A stretch of 64,000 nucleotides of DNA from Desulfatiglandales bacterium (GTDB taxonomy: Bacteria; Desulfobacterota; DSM-4660; Desulfatiglandales; Desulfatiglandaceae), in assembly GCA_963662465.1 (NCBI GenBank), contig OY759599.1, positions 7,232,001-7,296,000 on the forward strand, in the 5' to 3' direction. This document shows, one piece after another, positions 20,223-30,505 of the stretch. The notes beneath the pieces were generated by a model. The model had not been told where the DNA came from and did not search any database. It worked only from the letters and a program-made list of their open reading frames with translations. Numbering within the stretch: the first letter of the stretch is position 1; the number at the start of each line of letters is the position of its first letter. A program made the translations under genes and the position numbers.

Positions 20223-20441
20223 ATAACATCCAGCGCCTAGTGTTTTCCCCTTATTCCCGGGCAGAATCTGGGAATACGGGGAATGTGCTGCCCGTGAATG
20301 GCAACGAAAAAAACAAACTGCAGCTTATCCCAAAAGCCATAATTAGAATTGCTGAGGAACCATCCTGGCCGTTTACATTGCACATCCCATGTGTTAGAAT
20401 TCCAGGCAACAAAAATGTAGATCGGGCAGGAACCCTAAATT

Positions 20442-20873
20442 ATGCTTCAAATCACGGATCATATTGCCATTCCCCTCAGCGAGATCGAACTCCATGCCAT
20501 TCGGGCCCAGGGCGCGGGGGGGCAGAACGTCAATAAGGTTTCCTCCGCCGTTCACCTGCGGTTCGACATCAACGCCTCGTCCCTTCCCGATTTCCTCAAA
20601 GAACGTCTTCTGCAACTGAAAGATCATCGCATCACGGGGGAAGGCGTCATTGTCATCAAGGCACAGCAACACCGCACCCAGGGGAAAAACAGGGGCGATG
20701 CACTGATCCGGCTTCGGGATCTCATTGAAAGCGTCCTCGCCACACCCAAAAAACGAAAACCCACCCGCCCTTCCCGCAACGCTAAGGAAAAACGTCTGCA
20801 ACACAAAACCAAAAGGGGACGAATCAAAACCCTGAGGAAAAAAATCGGCCGATCCCGAGGGGATTGGGATTAG
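20442..20873 (+). CDS. arfB: Alternative ribosome rescue peptidyl-tRNA hydrolase
   Basis: GAGGQNVNKV, R.Q..NR, basic tail RKPTRPS. Confidence 0.95.
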   Translation: MLQITDHIAIPLSEIELHAIRAQGAGGQNVNKVSSAVHLRFDINASSLPDFLKERLLQLKDHRITGEGVIVIKAQQHRTQGKNRGDALIRLRDLIESVLATPKKRKPTRPSRNAKEKRLQHKTKRGRIKTLRKKIGRSRGDWD

Positions 20874-20884
20874 GGCTTTTCCGG
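20826..20884 (+). repeat. Direct repeat copy 1 (arfB 3' end; attL-like)
   Basis: Matches 28186..28243 with 1 indel and about 3 substitutions. Confidence 0.9.
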
Positions 20885-21034
20885 ACTCTTAACCCGGAAG
20901 ATCAACCCTTCAGGGAAAAACATGGATGGGAAGCAGCGCGTTATGCGGCCGTTTTCACTTATCTGATTACTTAGATCCACGTAGTTCAGGATCGCTAATC
21001 CATACACCCCCCCCCAAAAAATAGGTTCCATCCC

Positions 21035-23932
21035 TTACGGCGTGGGCGGCAGTATTGCCTTGATGATTCCCGATTCCTCCCGAATGCCCAAATCCCCCAG
21101 AAAACCGTTCCCCTTGACTTTGACGGTAAGGGTATAGGTTCGGAGTCTTCTGGGAACAAAGACAACCTCCTGTACCCAGTACTTTTCGAGGTTATTATAG
21201 TAAGGGGGGTAAACCGTCATATCATTCTGATATTCGGGCGGCGCCACACTCCAGGAAAAATCGCAGTCCGTGCCGTCGCAAATGAGGTTGTTGATGCCGT
21301 CCATCAGATAGGGGGAAAATTTGCATTCGTGGGATACAATGACGTCTTCGTCACCGAAGGCGTATATTTCGGGAAGCGAAAAAATCCGTTCACCTGGAAA
21401 AGGCCTTTCGTAATGGAAACCGCTGGTTCCGGAATTGTTCGTGAAAGGTTGAAACCATGATTTTGAGCGCATTGAATGGGCATGGTAAACGTCAAAGCGT
21501 TCAAATTCCTTAAGGGACCCCTGCTCCGGTTCCATTTGAACGGAAAACTGTATGATCGAGTTTTTCAGAAGGAACTGTTTTGTGAACATGCCCGCCGTGA
21601 ATTCGGGGTTCAGGTAAAAGTCCCATGTGGCGTCATCGATGTTGTCTATGCGGCAGGTGAGCGTATGCATTGGAGAGGTCGAGTCGCCTGAAAATTGCCA
21701 CCCATTGTTCCTGGACCAGCTGGTGGTGGAGGACATTTCGGTTTCAAGGTCAATGGGGGCTGTCATGTGGAGTGGTTCTTTGGCTGAAAAGGTAATCCCT
21801 CCGTACAATGTGAATCCGTTGGTTTCATGGATCGGCAACGTCCCCGACAAAAGATCAAAGGCGCTGTAACGGGTGGTAAGGGGCATCAGGTAGTTGCCCG
21901 AGTTTTCAAGGGGTTGATCTAGGGCAAATTCGAGTTCACCTTTGATATTCAAGGGTCCCGTCAAACGGGTTTTGAGGGCCAGCAAGCCTTCGGCGTCGTA
22001 TTGCCCACTGATCATCAGCCTGGGCTCAAAACGGATGCCGTATCGGAAGTCTATGCCGGGATAGAGGGCGCCGTGAAATGGAAGGTTTTCATCCGACAGG
22101 TCATCCAGGACGGGCCATGAAACCGTTAAATTCAATTCTCCATCGCTGATAACCTGGTCAAGAGAAGCTTCCTCCACTACCAGAATGGTCAGGCTGCCGT
22201 CGGTATAGACAACGGTAATTTTCCCCAGGCGAAGCTTTGCCGTATCCATGTCCCCATAGATCAGGAAATCATCCGTTTCAAACCGGTCGGAATAGTCGCC
22301 GTCAAAGGTCATTTTGCTGTAGGAATATTCGATGGGGGTTGAAACAATGTCCGTCAGGATTTTCGGGGTCCGGCGAAGGGTCAACTGTGATTGTTTTGCC
22401 GGAAGGGGGGGCAGGGGCGTGCTTACGGCGCCGTTTTGCGCTTCCGCCTGAACCAGGAAATAGTGGATACCGGTTTCTTCGGGTATGGGGATGAGCGCGG
22501 ATGTGGCGCCCACGACGCTCATAATCAGATTTTCCGGACGGCACAGATCGTTGGTATCTTCGCTGGGCCCCATGTAAATATGGTAGGTCATTTGGTCCGG
22601 CGGGGTACCCATACACGATGCCTCCTCCCAGGACAGCCAGGCCGTGGACAGCGTTTCGCCTGATGTCTCGTCCGTGACGGTGCAGGCCGCGACCGTTTGC
22701 AACCCTTTGAAGAATACTTCTTCGGTATTGGGAACAAAATGGGCTGTGACAACGGCATTGCGGGGATTCGTCAGCCAAAAACGCGTGTCAGCCTCAGAAG
22801 AGTTGTTTATGCGGATGTGGGCATCCGTTTCCCAGTGACTGAACCGGAATCCTTCCGCGGGGGCGGCACTGATTCCAAAGGCTTTATTCAATGTGGGGGC
22901 AGTGTTGCCCGTGAGTTCGCTTTGGACGGTTCCACCGTCAAGGGGGTCGGCTTGAAGGGTGATTTCGGGCTGCAATGAAAAAGCGGCCGTCACGGTTGCG
23001 TCCCCCTCTAATGTTACAAAGGCGGCGCCATCGGGAACTTCCAGGACGGAACCATTCCCCTCAAGTCGCCAACCGTTGAAATAGCCCTTTTGTTGGTCGT
23101 TGTGGATTGGCAGTGCGGATATTTCAAAGGGTTGTCCCAGCGCGATCAGATATTCGCCCGGTTCGGGAGAACTGCTCCCCAGGTCGGACGGTTCCACCTG
23201 TAACTCCAGCATAACATCACTTCTCAATTTCCGTTTTAATTGAATCGAGGTTTTTCCAGTGCCGCTTTTCAGTGCTATCCATAAATCCACATCAACGGGA
23301 AGCGCTTCATCCGGCATCACTTTCACTTGGCTGTTGCCGGCAAACGGGTCCATGCAAGCGGCATCCGGCCTTCCGAGCGCGTCGGGATAGGGCAATGGGC
23401 GTACATAGGCGCACTGAATGGATCGAGTGATGCCGTCCTGGTCAAAAAAAGCTGAAATCACGGGATTGACGCCGAAGAAACGCCCTTTCAGGAAATAGAT
23501 ATCCTTATCTTCCGGTCCGGGACATCGAAGCACGTCCGTTATTTCGGGCGCTTTCACCATAACGTCGTCATAAATGGACATCGGTTTTAAAAACCCCCGT
23601 CCACTCAATGGTATCAACCATATTTCACAGGCCCCGACCGGCGTTTTGTCCGGGAATTGACACAATATTTCCGGGGTTCCTCCCCCTTGGAACATGGACG
23701 TGGGCGTTATAACGGTGAGACGGTTATAACCGGAAAAGACTTCCCCTTCCTTATAGACCATAAAAACCAGGGGTTTGTTTTTAAAGGATTTAAGTCCCGC
23801 GTCGGATGCGGTGATCTTTATGGCGGATCCGGAGGTGATTTCAATGGTATCCCCGGCGAATCCTGAGAGGCTGTATCCACACACTGACAATATCACGAAA
23901 GACAAAAAGCACAATCCGGCAATAATTTTCAT
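21035..23932 (-). CDS. Large exported protein with InlB B-repeat-like and FN3-like domains
   Basis: Signal peptide from ATG 23932; A.P..G..F..W.....TA.F repeats; paralog of upstream gene. Confidence 0.7.
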   Translation of the reverse strand: MKIIAGLCFLSFVILSVCGYSLSGFAGDTIEITSGSAIKITASDAGLKSFKNKPLVFMVYKEGEVFSGYNRLTVITPTSMFQGGGTPEILCQFPDKTPVGACEIWLIPLSGRGFLKPMSIYDDVMVKAPEITDVLRCPGPEDKDIYFLKGRFFGVNPVISAFFDQDGITRSIQCAYVRPLPYPDALGRPDAACMDPFAGNSQVKVMPDEALPVDVDLWIALKSGTGKTSIQLKRKLRSDVMLELQVEPSDLGSSSPEPGEYLIALGQPFEISALPIHNDQQKGYFNGWRLEGNGSVLEVPDGAAFVTLEGDATVTAAFSLQPEITLQADPLDGGTVQSELTGNTAPTLNKAFGISAAPAEGFRFSHWETDAHIRINNSSEADTRFWLTNPRNAVVTAHFVPNTEEVFFKGLQTVAACTVTDETSGETLSTAWLSWEEASCMGTPPDQMTYHIYMGPSEDTNDLCRPENLIMSVVGATSALIPIPEETGIHYFLVQAEAQNGAVSTPLPPLPAKQSQLTLRRTPKILTDIVSTPIEYSYSKMTFDGDYSDRFETDDFLIYGDMDTAKLRLGKITVVYTDGSLTILVVEEASLDQVISDGELNLTVSWPVLDDLSDENLPFHGALYPGIDFRYGIRFEPRLMISGQYDAEGLLALKTRLTGPLNIKGELEFALDQPLENSGNYLMPLTTRYSAFDLLSGTLPIHETNGFTLYGGITFSAKEPLHMTAPIDLETEMSSTTSWSRNNGWQFSGDSTSPMHTLTCRIDNIDDATWDFYLNPEFTAGMFTKQFLLKNSIIQFSVQMEPEQGSLKEFERFDVYHAHSMRSKSWFQPFTNNSGTSGFHYERPFPGERIFSLPEIYAFGDEDVIVSHECKFSPYLMDGINNLICDGTDCDFSWSVAPPEYQNDMTVYPPYYNNLEKYWVQEVVFVPRRLRTYTLTVKVKGNGFLGDLGIREESGIIKAILPPTP

Positions 23933-23973
23933 TGGTTTGCTCCTAAGAAAACCCTCTCCCTGATGGTTAAAAT

Positions 23974-26900
23974 CTAATAATTCTCGCCCACGGTCACTTT
24001 CCACCATTTTTCCGGAGTAAGATAATCGAGGGGATTGTAACCAACGGGACGTGCCCGAAGATAGTATGTGTAAAAGTGGGCCTGTTGATTCGGGTCATAT
24101 TTCGGTACGTTAATCCCCCAATATTGGGCCAGAATCCACAGTTTGTATGGATTCGGCTCAACTCCGGGGTACCGCCTGATCATGCTGAAATGAAGGGTGG
24201 GGCGGGGGATGGTGTCTGTTTCCACCATTTTCCCTTCTGTTTCCTTGTACCAATTCCATTTTGGCCTCCTGATGGGGTTGCCTACGCCGTCTTCCCATAT
24301 CTGGGTATTTTGAGGAAGAAATTCCCATTCGCTATTCGTTGGTTCGGCAGGTGACCCGGCAGGAGCTGTAATGGGGACGGTCCAACCAAGGTGCGGCAAC
24401 GAAAGAACTTTTTCAAGGTTACTCCATGGGCCGTTATACGCATAGCTTGGAATGAAATCACAGGCGGCATCGATCCTTGCTCCCAGGATAAGCTTTGATT
24501 GTTGCCATGCGGTGAACTGGTTGAAGATAAGTTCGTGAAGGATGTTTGAGTTTGCTTCAACCAACATCGTAGTTGCTTCTTGTCGTGCTGCCGTGCCCCA
24601 TAGGTCATGTGCCAGCGTGAGTTCACCCTGTTCTAATAAGTTTATCCTAAAGCTGCCAACAAAATTGCCGTTGGCATCAAATTTGTGCTTTATTACTTCC
24701 TGATTTTCCAGGCCCTCAAATTCGTATTGCCATCCGTTAAATGCATCCGCTTTAACAACAACTTTGATGTCAAGGTTCAGATTGAAAGTATCAACGACTT
24801 TAAGGTCTGACTTACCGGAATAATGGATGTTCATATATGATTTGAAGCGTAAGTGTCTTAGGAGTCGAGTCACCGGGTCGTTTGACTGGCATGTCGACGG
24901 GACGATTTCCCGGTTTTCTATTTGAAGATTCGCGCCGTTGAAATTGTACCCTCCCGTCATATCAATTGTTAATCTGCCTCGAAGGTTGCCCTTAAATCTA
25001 AAGTAAAGACGGGCATGGGTCAGGGTTTTATTTTTAATGGGGAGGGAGTAATGGCATCTTTCGGATGCATTTACGGTGTATTCAAGTTTGACCTGCGGGG
25101 TAATATGGATGACCTTTTCATAAGAACCCCCTTTTTCATGGGGATTCTCGGATTGATGGGGAGAACTGTCAATGAAAAGTATCCGGTTTTCAGGATCCCT
25201 GTAAACCCGATTCCCCGCCATCCGTTCTTTCTGAATGCGTTGTCCCCAGAGGGCATCATCCGAATCCTCTTCATCTTCCACCAGGCTCAGGCTCTCCTTT
25301 AATGAGGGGTCCATGGATATTTCGCCGTTGATATTTCCGGATTCGATGACGTCGGACAAGGTGCCGTCCTCCAGCCAGATAACGGTATCGTCATTGTCAT
25401 CCAGATACAGGAGCCGGACTTTTCGGACTCTCATGATGCGATCGGGAGGGGTCACCAGCACGATGTCTCCCTCTTTGACTTTCCCCCAATAATCACCTTT
25501 CAGCGTGACGATTTCCTCGTCCTCGTCATAGTCATGATTCCCTGCCAATTGCATCAGATCTACCAGATTTCCATAATAGATCGTCGGTTCGCCCACCGAT
25601 ATCTCCATCGGGTCTCTGGGAATACCGGCGTTGCCCTGACGGTCCACGGCAACGGCCTGAACGTAAAGAACGGCCGGAACGGCCGGAACCGGTATCCTGG
25701 CATTCAGGACTCCCGTGATGGATGCCGCCAGGTTTTGTTCCTGGAAAAGATCCTGGGCCACATTGGATGGGCCCACATAAATCAGGTATTGAATGTCTTC
25801 AAGCGGTGTATCCACGCATATGGCGGGGGCCCAGCTCAACTCGATGAAGGATCGGAGTTCTCCGTCCTCCTCACCGCTGTCGGCGTTGGCTGAAACAAGC
25901 CCCGCAAATTGAACCCCGGATACGCCGTTCTTGACGAAATTTGCCGTGATCTCTGCGTCCCCGGTGAGCGTAACATTCGTTGTTAAAGCCATATTATTGC
26001 TTAATGAAGCGTTTTCGGAAGTTGTCCATCCCGCGAAATGCCAGCCGGAAAAAGAAATGGCGGAAATCTCCACGGGTTTGCCCGGTGTTATTACAGCGGT
26101 TTGATCGGGCAGGGGCGCGGTGGTTCCGCCCTCCGGCAGAGAGACTCTCATGGTCAATGTGGGGTTGCCAATGAAGTCAGCGGTGATGAGCGCGTCGTCA
26201 TAGACGGTCGCGTTGGTCTGGAGCGCCGTTGCATCTTCAAAAGTCGCATTCCCCTGGGCCGTCCAGCCACCGAAGGTATAATGAGGGGAAGGTGTGGCTG
26301 TGATCCGGATGGATTCGCCGGAGGTGATTTTGAATTCCGTGCCGGATTCAGGTGTTGTGGCGCCCGCCGCCGGATCCGGGCCGACGTTCAGGATGACATT
26401 CACTTCTTCTCTGGATTGTCTTATCCGCAGGGTGGTGAATGCTGTCATTCCGGCCGGATTGCGCAACCTGACGGTGTATTCCCCCGGTTCCACAGGCGCA
26501 TGGGGAAAGAAAAACGAAAGCTCGCTTAATCCAGTTCGCGGATCCATGCAGCTGGTTCCCGGTTGGGATGCGGCATCGGGAAACCGGTAGGGCTGCTCGA
26601 TTTTACAGGGACGAAACCGTCTTCCGGAAAAAACCGAGCGCCTCATGGGGCCGAAATTCTTCGATCCAATCCATATACTGATCGCTTCGGCGCCGAAAAA
26701 GCGACCCACCAGGGTCGCTTTGGGAACGCCGCCGTCTTCTTTCAGCAGGACCGATTCAATGATCGGTTTTTCCACCATGAATCGGTCCGTAACCTGAATG
26801 GGACCGTCGGCCGTTTGACCCGGTTCGTCTCCGGTGGGCTGAACCCAGAGGCTGTAAGCGCCTGCCGCCAAAGGGGTATTTACGTGACAAGCGATGCTGT

Positions 26901-27162
26901 TTACCAAATTATTCTCGAAATACTCTGGGCCGGCCAGAACTTCAATGGGGTATTCTCCGCCCGCGGAGGAATCGTTTCGGGTTGCAAAAACGTCCGGTTT
27001 AGCTGTGAATCCGTTCTGCAGACCTATGGATTCGGCTGTGATGTAAAACAGAGAACCTTGCGTTGCCTGATACGATAAGGGTTCGGTATTTCCAAAGGCG
27101 GCTGCAACATGGGTGATGAATATCAACAGAAAAAGAAAGAAAATACGACTGCTTTTCGGCAT
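23974..27162 (-). CDS. Large exported protein with InlB B-repeat-like and FN3-like domains
   Basis: Signal peptide; two ATP...YTFGGW...ITADF-type repeats; shares PDA...CMDP..G.S motif with downstream gene. Confidence 0.7.
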   Translation of the reverse strand: MPKSSRIFFLFLLIFITHVAAAFGNTEPLSYQATQGSLFYITAESIGLQNGFTAKPDVFATRNDSSAGGEYPIEVLAGPEYFENNLVNSIACHVNTPLAAGAYSLWVQPTGDEPGQTADGPIQVTDRFMVEKPIIESVLLKEDGGVPKATLVGRFFGAEAISIWIGSKNFGPMRRSVFSGRRFRPCKIEQPYRFPDAASQPGTSCMDPRTGLSELSFFFPHAPVEPGEYTVRLRNPAGMTAFTTLRIRQSREEVNVILNVGPDPAAGATTPESGTEFKITSGESIRITATPSPHYTFGGWTAQGNATFEDATALQTNATVYDDALITADFIGNPTLTMRVSLPEGGTTAPLPDQTAVITPGKPVEISAISFSGWHFAGWTTSENASLSNNMALTTNVTLTGDAEITANFVKNGVSGVQFAGLVSANADSGEEDGELRSFIELSWAPAICVDTPLEDIQYLIYVGPSNVAQDLFQEQNLAASITGVLNARIPVPAVPAVLYVQAVAVDRQGNAGIPRDPMEISVGEPTIYYGNLVDLMQLAGNHDYDEDEEIVTLKGDYWGKVKEGDIVLVTPPDRIMRVRKVRLLYLDDNDDTVIWLEDGTLSDVIESGNINGEISMDPSLKESLSLVEDEEDSDDALWGQRIQKERMAGNRVYRDPENRILFIDSSPHQSENPHEKGGSYEKVIHITPQVKLEYTVNASERCHYSLPIKNKTLTHARLYFRFKGNLRGRLTIDMTGGYNFNGANLQIENREIVPSTCQSNDPVTRLLRHLRFKSYMNIHYSGKSDLKVVDTFNLNLDIKVVVKADAFNGWQYEFEGLENQEVIKHKFDANGNFVGSFRINLLEQGELTLAHDLWGTAARQEATTMLVEANSNILHELIFNQFTAWQQSKLILGARIDAACDFIPSYAYNGPWSNLEKVLSLPHLGWTVPITAPAGSPAEPTNSEWEFLPQNTQIWEDGVGNPIRRPKWNWYKETEGKMVETDTIPRPTLHFSMIRRYPGVEPNPYKLWILAQYWGINVPKYDPNQQAHFYTYYLRARPVGYNPLDYLTPEKWWKVTVGENY

Positions 27163-27379
27163 GCTTATCTCCTTGCGGCCGATTCCGGCGTTCCAGCCGC
27201 CTGTGGTTCAAGATGAGGACACATACTCTTTGAGCCGTGCCGGTTACAAGAAAAAAGAGTGCTTTCTGGTACTCTTTGGCGGATCTTTTGTAAACAGCCA
27301 TGCGATAAAGTGGAAATTAATGGGATTGAAGTGTAACCGGTATCCCGATAATCCTTGACTTCCCACCGCCTGTTTTGTA

Positions 27380-28184
27380 ATGACTGTTGCCATAATTTCA
27401 CTCAGAAACTCTTCCAGCGTCCCAGTCTGGAAACGATTTCTTATCACTTTGTGCATGGATAACCAGACACTTGATCCCCAAATATTTGCTTCTCCCGGCA
27501 GATTCTTAAAAGCACTGATCATTACCGTTTTTGTGAGTCTTTTTATTGGTTTTTTTCTGCACACATTTATCTTAAACGGATCATTATATGATCATCTTGT
27601 CCTCAGTCTCGCAATGGGCCTGTCAATCTGTACCTGTATTAATCTGGCTCTTTTTGTTGTGCGGCCACGCCGTTATGGGTATGCCATTGAAGCCTTTGAA
27701 AAACAGGCTGTGGATTATTTGCTCAAACCGATCACGGCTGAAAGGCTGGCGCAGACTGTGGCTCGTCTAAAAAAAAGACCTTCACAAAAACAATATCCTG
27801 CCCACAACCGTTCTGGAAGCGTTACTTCACAACCGTAACGGGGTAATACCATCTCCGTCATACCTGCAATGGGTCAAGGCCGGAAGTGGCGATCGAGTGC
27901 GGTTAATTAACGTTGATGATGTCTGCTATTTTCAGTCTGAGGATAAATATACCAGAGTCGTCACATCTTCCGGTGAAGCGCTGATCAGAACCAGTATCAA
28001 ACAATTGGCGGAATCTCTCAATCCGGAACAATTCTGGCGTATTCATCGTGCCACAATTGTTAAGGTTACCAACATCAAACACGCTACCCGTTCATATACC
28101 GGACGTTATCGTATTGAACTGAACAGTCATGACACAATTCTTATATCCAGCCGCACTTATGGCCACCTCTTCAAACAGATGTGA
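27380..28184 (+). pseudogene. Collapsed sensor-kinase/LytTR response regulator remnant
   Basis: Two TM helices fused to receiver C-half YAIEAFEKQAVDYLLKP; frameshift near 27770-27790; LytTR domain EDKYT...FWRIHRATIV...SRTY. Confidence 0.75.
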
Positions 28185-28185
28185 A

Positions 28186-28243
28186 AAAACCCTGAGGAAA
28201 AAATCGGCCGATCCAGAGGGGATTGGGATTAGGGTTTTCCCGG
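28186..28243 (+). repeat. Direct repeat copy 2 (attR-like)
   Basis: See 20826..20884. Confidence 0.9.
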
Positions 28244-29659
28244 TTCAAAATTTCGCTTGGCGCTCAGGAAGCTGGGCAAATGCCGCAGAAAATAGGCCAG
28301 GCTTCGTCGGTGTTCCCACAGACGGCGCCGAAACCGCTTTCGCCATGCGGGGTCCGTATAAAAACCCTTGACGTGTCGGTTGTAGAGCTGTTCAAGCGTT
28401 TCCCTGGAATCGATGCTTTTAGGGACGAAAACAAAATTCAGGCAATTCATTTTACGCCAGTCCTCGTCCAATACGCCCGTCTCTCCAATGGAATGCCAAA
28501 GGGGCGCACCATGAAAAGGGGTGAATTTACTCATGTTCATATCGTCAAGTCCCAGGGAAAGGGCGAACTCGGTTGTTTTTTGAATCGATGCGATGGTTTC
28601 ACCGGGCAGCCCCATCATAAACAATCCTTTTGCTCTGAGCCCTTTGGCCTGGATGCGCCGCACCGTATCACGAATTTCATCCAGGTGTACGCCCGGCTTG
28701 TGAACCGCCAACTGATTTTCATCCCCGGTCTCAATTCCCAGGGAAAGTTGAAGAAAACCGGCCGCTTTCAGCATCATCAGGAGTTCATCATCGCAGTAGC
28801 CGACCCGCACGGCGCAATTGAACTGTATTCCCAGGGGTTTTGAAATCAGAAGGCTGCAAAATTCGGCAATCCGCTTGCGTTGCGCCGTAAACAGGTCATC
28901 ATAAATATTCAAATGGCGAACGCCGAAACGACGTTTCAAATAGGCGGCATGGGCATAGACGTAAGCCGCCGAATTATAGCGGTAACCCCGACTGAAAACG
29001 GAACGATCGCAAAAGGAACACTGGTAGAGACAGCCCCGGCTGGTGACCATGGTGGCGCCGGGGGTATGGATATAGCTGAACAGGGGCAGGTTGTACCCTT
29101 TGGGGAACCTTTTGAGCTTTTCATAGGCTGGAAAGGGAAGATCGTCTAAATCAGGAATCTGGGGTCGTGGGGGATTCTGCACAGCCTGGTCCCCGTCTCT
29201 CCAGGCCAGTCCGTTGATACGGGCCGGCGTCTGACCGGAGGCCAGTTCAGCCAGGGTTGCTTCCCCTTCGCCCATACAGAGATAATCAATGGCCTCATAC
29301 CCATCCAGCAGGACTGATCCCAAAGCCGAAATGTGGACGCCGCCAAAAACCGTTTTGATGTGGGGCCGAAGGGCTTTGAGCCGAACCGCCAGGTCATAAC
29401 CGTCCAGGAATCCGGAAGTGGTGGCTGAAAACCCCACCATATGGGGATCTTTCCGAAGGATGCTTGAAACATGGGCGGCGTTGTTTTTTTGGGCCTCGGG
29501 TCCTAGGCAGTCGACGACAAAGACCTCATGGCCTTCCCGTTCCAGGTACGCCGCAATGGAAAGCAGGCCCAAAGGGGCCATACGGTTGGCAACGGCCGTA
29601 ATATCTTTTTTCCCGGGAACCCAATTGGATCCCGTCGGGTGAACCAGCACTATTCTCAT
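28229..29659 (-). CDS. B12-binding domain radical SAM protein
   Basis: PLGLLSIAA, GGVH, SRGCLYQCSFC (CxxxCxxC). Confidence 0.92.
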   Translation of the reverse strand: MRIVLVHPTGSNWVPGKKDITAVANRMAPLGLLSIAAYLEREGHEVFVVDCLGPEAQKNNAAHVSSILRKDPHMVGFSATTSGFLDGYDLAVRLKALRPHIKTVFGGVHISALGSVLLDGYEAIDYLCMGEGEATLAELASGQTPARINGLAWRDGDQAVQNPPRPQIPDLDDLPFPAYEKLKRFPKGYNLPLFSYIHTPGATMVTSRGCLYQCSFCDRSVFSRGYRYNSAAYVYAHAAYLKRRFGVRHLNIYDDLFTAQRKRIAEFCSLLISKPLGIQFNCAVRVGYCDDELLMMLKAAGFLQLSLGIETGDENQLAVHKPGVHLDEIRDTVRRIQAKGLRAKGLFMMGLPGETIASIQKTTEFALSLGLDDMNMSKFTPFHGAPLWHSIGETGVLDEDWRKMNCLNFVFVPKSIDSRETLEQLYNRHVKGFYTDPAWRKRFRRRLWEHRRSLAYFLRHLPSFLSAKRNFEPGKP

Positions 29660-29692
29660 ATCACATCCACTTTTAATTGAGCCGATTCCTGC

Positions 29693-29713
29693 CCCCTGTC
29701 CCCTGTCCCCTGT
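29693..29713. repeat. Heptamer array (CCCCTGT)x3
   Basis: Directly visible, intergenic. Confidence 0.8.
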
Positions 29714-29724
29714 GAACGGTTACG

Positions 29725-30483
29725 TTATATTAACGGCGGTTTGCGATGCGGCCAGGGAATCATGGCTCTCAGCGCCAATCGTGCGTTCAGCATGCTGAGC
29801 CTCACATTATCTTTGAACAGGTGAAAATGGGAAACACGGACGTCATCCGCGGGATAGAAGGTCGAAACATCCACCTCCAGAAGCTCAACCCCCGCCCAGA
29901 TCCCTTTCGCCAAGACTTCATTTTCAAAGGCGTAACGACGTTCACGCAGTTTCAGGGCATTGAGTACCCTGACGGGGTAGCCGCGATAACCACTCTGGGT
30001 ATCTCCCAGTAATCGACCGGTTTCCACCCATAACCAGAAGTTTGAAATGCGGCGCCCGATGCGGTTTCCGGAGGGTACGTAACCGGTTTCAAAATTGCGT
30101 TTGCCCACCACAATGGCATGGGGATGCCGGTTCATGGCGGAAACAAACAAGTGCAAATCATTGGGATCATGCTGTCCATCGGCATCCAGGGTTACCATAT
30201 GGGTGACTCCCAGCTTTTCGGCTTCCCTTGCAGCCGTCAAAATGGCGGCGCCTTTTCCGAAATTCCGGGAATGCCGAACCCTGTGAACATTGAGGTCTAA
30301 AATCGTTTCACCGCCCCCATCGGTGCTGCCGTCGTCCACTACCATGACCGTATCATGCACCTGCAAGGCTTTTTCAACTACCCCCCGTAAAGTTGCGCCA
30401 TGATTATAAACGGGGACAACGATTATTACCCTTAAACAATTGCGGATTGCGGATTGCGGATTGCGGATTGTGGTGCTTTCCAT
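29725..30483 (-). CDS. Glycosyltransferase family 2
   Basis: VVPVYN, VDDGSTD, N.GKG.A, LDADGQH, DTQSGYR; ATG 30483 chosen. Confidence 0.9.
   Translation of the reverse strand: MESTTIRNPQSAIRNCLRVIIVVPVYNHGATLRGVVEKALQVHDTVMVVDDGSTDGGGETILDLNVHRVRHSRNFGKGAAILTAAREAEKLGVTHMVTLDADGQHDPNDLHLFVSAMNRHPHAIVVGKRNFETGYVPSGNRIGRRISNFWLWVETGRLLGDTQSGYRGYPVRVLNALKLRERRYAFENEVLAKGIWAGVELLEVDVSTFYPADDVRVSHFHLFKDNVRLSMLNARLALRAMIPWPHRKPPLI
30440..30474. repeat. Heptamer array (TTGCGGA)x4 plus degenerate unit within GT2 5' end
   Basis: Directly visible; encodes IRNPQSAIRN. Confidence 0.9.
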
Positions 30484-30505
30484 CAGACCATTCCGGTATC
30501 TATTT

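Larger units (their letters stand above)
20826..28243. mobile_element. Integrase-less genomic islet at the arfB 3' end
   Basis: Flanking ~58-bp direct repeat; removal rejoins arfB and radical SAM gene tail-to-tail. Confidence 0.7.

Noticed and set aside
21007..21015. C9 tract (also C8 at 3718, A10 at 54667) as phase-variation sites
   Set aside because: Short and not clearly within a frame or promoter spacer
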